Assembly: GCA_902806315.1 (NCBI GenBank)
Contig: CADCWD010000055.1
Span: 62,840 to 126,839, forward strand
Length of the DNA: 64,000 bases
From: an uncultured Sphingosinicella sp.
GTDB taxonomy: Bacteria > Pseudomonadota > Alphaproteobacteria > Sphingomonadales > Sphingomonadaceae
Reading direction: 5' to 3'
Shown here: positions 63,513 to 64,000 of the stretch, piece after piece
Numbering within the stretch: the stretch's first letter is position 1
Layout of the letters: each line of letters opens with the position of its first letter
Program-made: the position numbers and the translations under genes
Notes under the pieces: model-generated
Told to the model about the DNA's origin: nothing
Database searches by the model: none
The model's input: only the letters and a program-made list of their open reading frames with translations

Positions 63513-64000
63513 TTACGAGGCTGCTTTGATCTGTTCCAGCAGCTTCACCGCGATCGACCGAAAATATCCGGCTTCCTCGTCGTCGCCGGCCGCGGGGGGC
63601 TGGCCGCTGTCGGAGGAGCGGCGGATATTGAGGGTGAGCGGCACGCGGCCGAGGAAGGGAATCGACATGACCTTGGCCGCCGCCTCGGCGCCGCCGATGC
63701 CGAACGGGTCGGAGAGCTCGCCGCAATGCGGGCATTGGTAGCCGGCCATGTTCTCAACGAGGCCGATCACCGGCACGCCCATCTTGCGGAACAGGTCGAT
63801 GGCGCGGGTCGCGTCGATGAGGGCCAGGTCCTGAGGGGTCGAGACGATCACGGCGCCGGCCGGTTTCCATTTCTGGATGAGGGAGAGCTGGATGTCGCCG
63901 GTGCCCGGCGGCAGGTCGGCGATCAGGATCTCCGCGTCGCCCCAGTCGCCTTCGATGAGTTGGCCGAGCGCGGTCGCAGCCATCGGACCCCGCCAGGCGA
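63513..64000 (-). CDS. Mrp/NBP35 (ApbC) family iron-sulfur cluster carrier ATPase (5' end outside window)
   Basis: The reading frame is open from the TAA at 63513 to the window edge. DLPPGTGDIQLS, VIVSTPQDLAL and ENMAGYQCPHCGE motifs. Confidence 0.9.
   Translation of the reverse strand, partial: AWRGPMAATALGQLIEGDWGDAEILIADLPPGTGDIQLSLIQKWKPAGAVIVSTPQDLALIDATRAIDLFRKMGVPVIGLVENMAGYQCPHCGELSDPFGIGGAEAAAKVMSIPFLGRVPLTLNIRRSSDSGQPPAAGDDEEAGYFRSIAVKLLEQIKAAS

Overview
High-G+C alphaproteobacterial chromosome segment that looks Sphingomonadaceae-like (an inference from gene content). It is densely packed with about 63 protein genes and 3 tRNA genes (Ala-CGC, Tyr-GTA, Gly-TCC). Most of it is core metabolism: mfd; sugar-nucleotide genes (PMM/PGM, type I PMI, an NTP-transferase, three glycosyltransferases); an otsB-GH15-otsA trehalose operon; cysD-cysNC sulfate activation; plant-type gshA; rsmE; ubiA; pmbA; secreted peptidases (S8, M16, M28, S66); and two beta-lactamase-fold hydrolases. 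Many junctions are 4-nt ATGA/GTGA overlaps, which suggests translational coupling. I saw no transposase, integrase, phage gene, CRISPR array or recognisable defence gene. Five things stand out. (1) A PilZ (c-di-GMP receptor) neighbourhood around tRNA-Gly, where an unassigned 89-aa module occurs both alone and fused to PilZ. (2) An orphan minimal HerA/FtsK-like ATPase next to mfd. (3) A perfect GGAAC-N17-CGTT (EcfG-type general stress) promoter in front of a Gly/Arg/Asp-rich SWFGD/DUF2171-like gene, plus weaker copies near other stress-type genes. (4) An A/T-rich orphan locus carrying a 12-bp inverted repeat. (5) A local family of CCTCCCC/GGGGAGG hairpins. Many long ORFs in the supplied track are antisense or out-of-frame artefacts of high G+C and were not called. 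All product names come from motif recognition by eye; no database search was run.
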